Assembly: GCA_034663965.1 (NCBI GenBank)
Contig: JAXDIO010000291.1
Location: 1-48,943 of the forward strand
Source of the DNA: Thermoanaerobaculia bacterium
GTDB taxonomy: Bacteria > Acidobacteriota > Thermoanaerobaculia > Gp7-AA8
Reading direction: 5' to 3'
Length of the DNA: 48,943 bases
The notes under the pieces are model-generated. The model had not been told where the DNA came from. It saw nothing but the letters and a program-made list of their open reading frames with translations, and ran no database searches. This document shows, in pieces, positions 48,257 through 48,943 of the stretch (its first letter is position 1; each line of letters starts with the position of its first letter). A program made the position numbers and the translations under genes.

Positions 48257-48325
48257 GAGTGATAAGTGGTCAGTGGTCAGTGGTCAGGGACTTCCGCTGA
48301 CCACTGGCCACTAACCACTTATCTC
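48257..48325. repeat. Heptad-armed palindrome, unit GGTCAGT (gataagt ggtcagt ggtcagt ggtcagg / loop / complement) between tonB and exbB
   Basis: Read directly. It overlaps the tonB stop codon (48324-48326). Confidence 0.85.
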
Positions 48326-48943
48326 AGTGCAGCGTGAAATTCACCGTGAGCGTAAAAATGACCGGAACGGCTTGTCCGTTGAGCGTTCCGGGTTTGAACT
48401 TCCAGCGTTTGACGGCGTCCACCGCCGATTGATCGAGTCCGAGGGGAAGACCTTTTAGCACGCGAACATCGGTGACGTTGCCGTCGCGGTCGATGATCGT
48501 TTCGAGGATGACCATCCCTTCGATGCGCGCCTTGCGCGCTACGTCGGGGTAGATCGGATCGACCCGTTTGACGGCGACGGGCGGGTTCACGTCACCGCCG
48601 ACGCGCATCGGTTTGTCGCCGGTGCCGCCGACCTGCCCGCCGAGTTGGCCGCCGAGGGTGCCGCCCAGCGTTCCGCCGACCACGCCTCCCACGACGCCGC
48701 CGACCACCCCGCCAACCTGTCCGCCTACGACGCCGCCTTCCTGTCCGCCGGTGGTGTCGGTCGGAACGTTTTCGACCTGCGGCACTTCACGCGGAGTCTG
48801 CGTCGGCTGATGGAATGTTTGATGGGTCTGCGGCTCGACGTGCTGCACGTGCGGCGTCGATGATGCGTGCGATGCCGCGGGCGGCGGGGGAGGTGGCGGT
48901 GGTGGCGGGGCGGAGACGACGAAGGCCTGAATCGGTTTGGTGA
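48324..48943 (-). CDS. tonB: Energy transducer TonB (C-terminal domain, Gly-rich linker, Pro-rich region); 5' end lies outside the window
   Basis: C-terminal PIYPDVARKARIEGMVILETIIDRDGNVTDVRVLKG...AVDAVKRWKFKPG. The reading frame stays open through PPPPPPPPPP to the window edge. Confidence 0.8.
   Translation of the reverse strand, partial: TKPIQAFVVSAPPPPPPPPPPAASHASSTPHVQHVEPQTHQTFHQPTQTPREVPQVENVPTDTTGGQEGGVVGGQVGGVVGGVVGGVVGGTLGGTLGGQLGGQVGGTGDKPMRVGGDVNPPVAVKRVDPIYPDVARKARIEGMVILETIIDRDGNVTDVRVLKGLPLGLDQSAVDAVKRWKFKPGTLNGQAVPVIFTLTVNFTLH

Noticed and set aside
1-48943. Selenoprotein genes (in-frame TGA) near selC, and integrase or transposase genes that would explain the accessory region
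   Set aside because: I found no recognisable gene split by a single in-frame TGA, and no ORF with tyrosine/serine recombinase or DDE transposase motifs. Absence by eye is weak evidence.

Overview
High-GC bacterial chromosomal segment. Gene content and repeat style suggest an Acidobacteriota-like soil bacterium, but that taxonomic call is inference only.

Layout:
1. 0.07-9.0 kb and 13.3-19.6 kb hold envelope-glycosylation genes. There are five GT-C-type integral membrane transferases, including a tandem YfhO-like pair. With them sit one soluble donor pathway (nucleotidyltransferase, epimerase/dehydratase, GT2 polyprenyl-phosphate glycosyltransferase), a SAM methyltransferase and a flavoprotein.
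2. Interspersed housekeeping genes: tRNA-Val(GAC), GH15 hydrolase, queE, methylmalonyl-CoA epimerase, SDR, Zn-ADH, SRPBCC protein, PLP dehydratase, Fet4-like iron permease, PagL-like deacylase.
3. 25.2 kb carries a tRNA-Sec (selC), followed by a NarL-type two-component pair.
4. 27.7-46.2 kb is an accessory region. An RHS toxin plus lipoprotein cassette is bracketed by a perfect 39-nt direct repeat that duplicates the 3' end of the response-regulator gene. Next come an orphan receiver gene translationally coupled to a 1831-aa secreted protein (six 252-bp tandem Ig-like repeats, an IPT domain, a dockerin-like module, a cohesin-like module) and two more cohesin-like proteins. A second, 3'-truncated RHS gene lies on the other strand, followed by an Imm53-type immunity gene and a possible orphan module.
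5. 46.5-48.9 kb holds tonB-exbB-exbD-exbD; tonB runs off the window.

Overlaid on all of this are at least four families of palindromic repeats:
- Heptad-armed palindromes: 3-5 tandem 7-mers, a spacer, then the reverse-complement array, with a different 7-mer at each locus.
- Paired GCACAGACA-N4-TGTCTGTGC mini-hairpins.
- CACAAAG-armed palindromes.
- ~100-155-nt GC-rich compound palindromes.

Several of these supply stop codons, start codons or coding sequence to flanking genes.

The best candidates for something undescribed are the cohesin/dockerin surface module next to the RHS cassettes, the RHS cassette insertion signature, and the heptad-palindrome construction rule. All functional calls rest on motif recognition by eye; no database search was possible.
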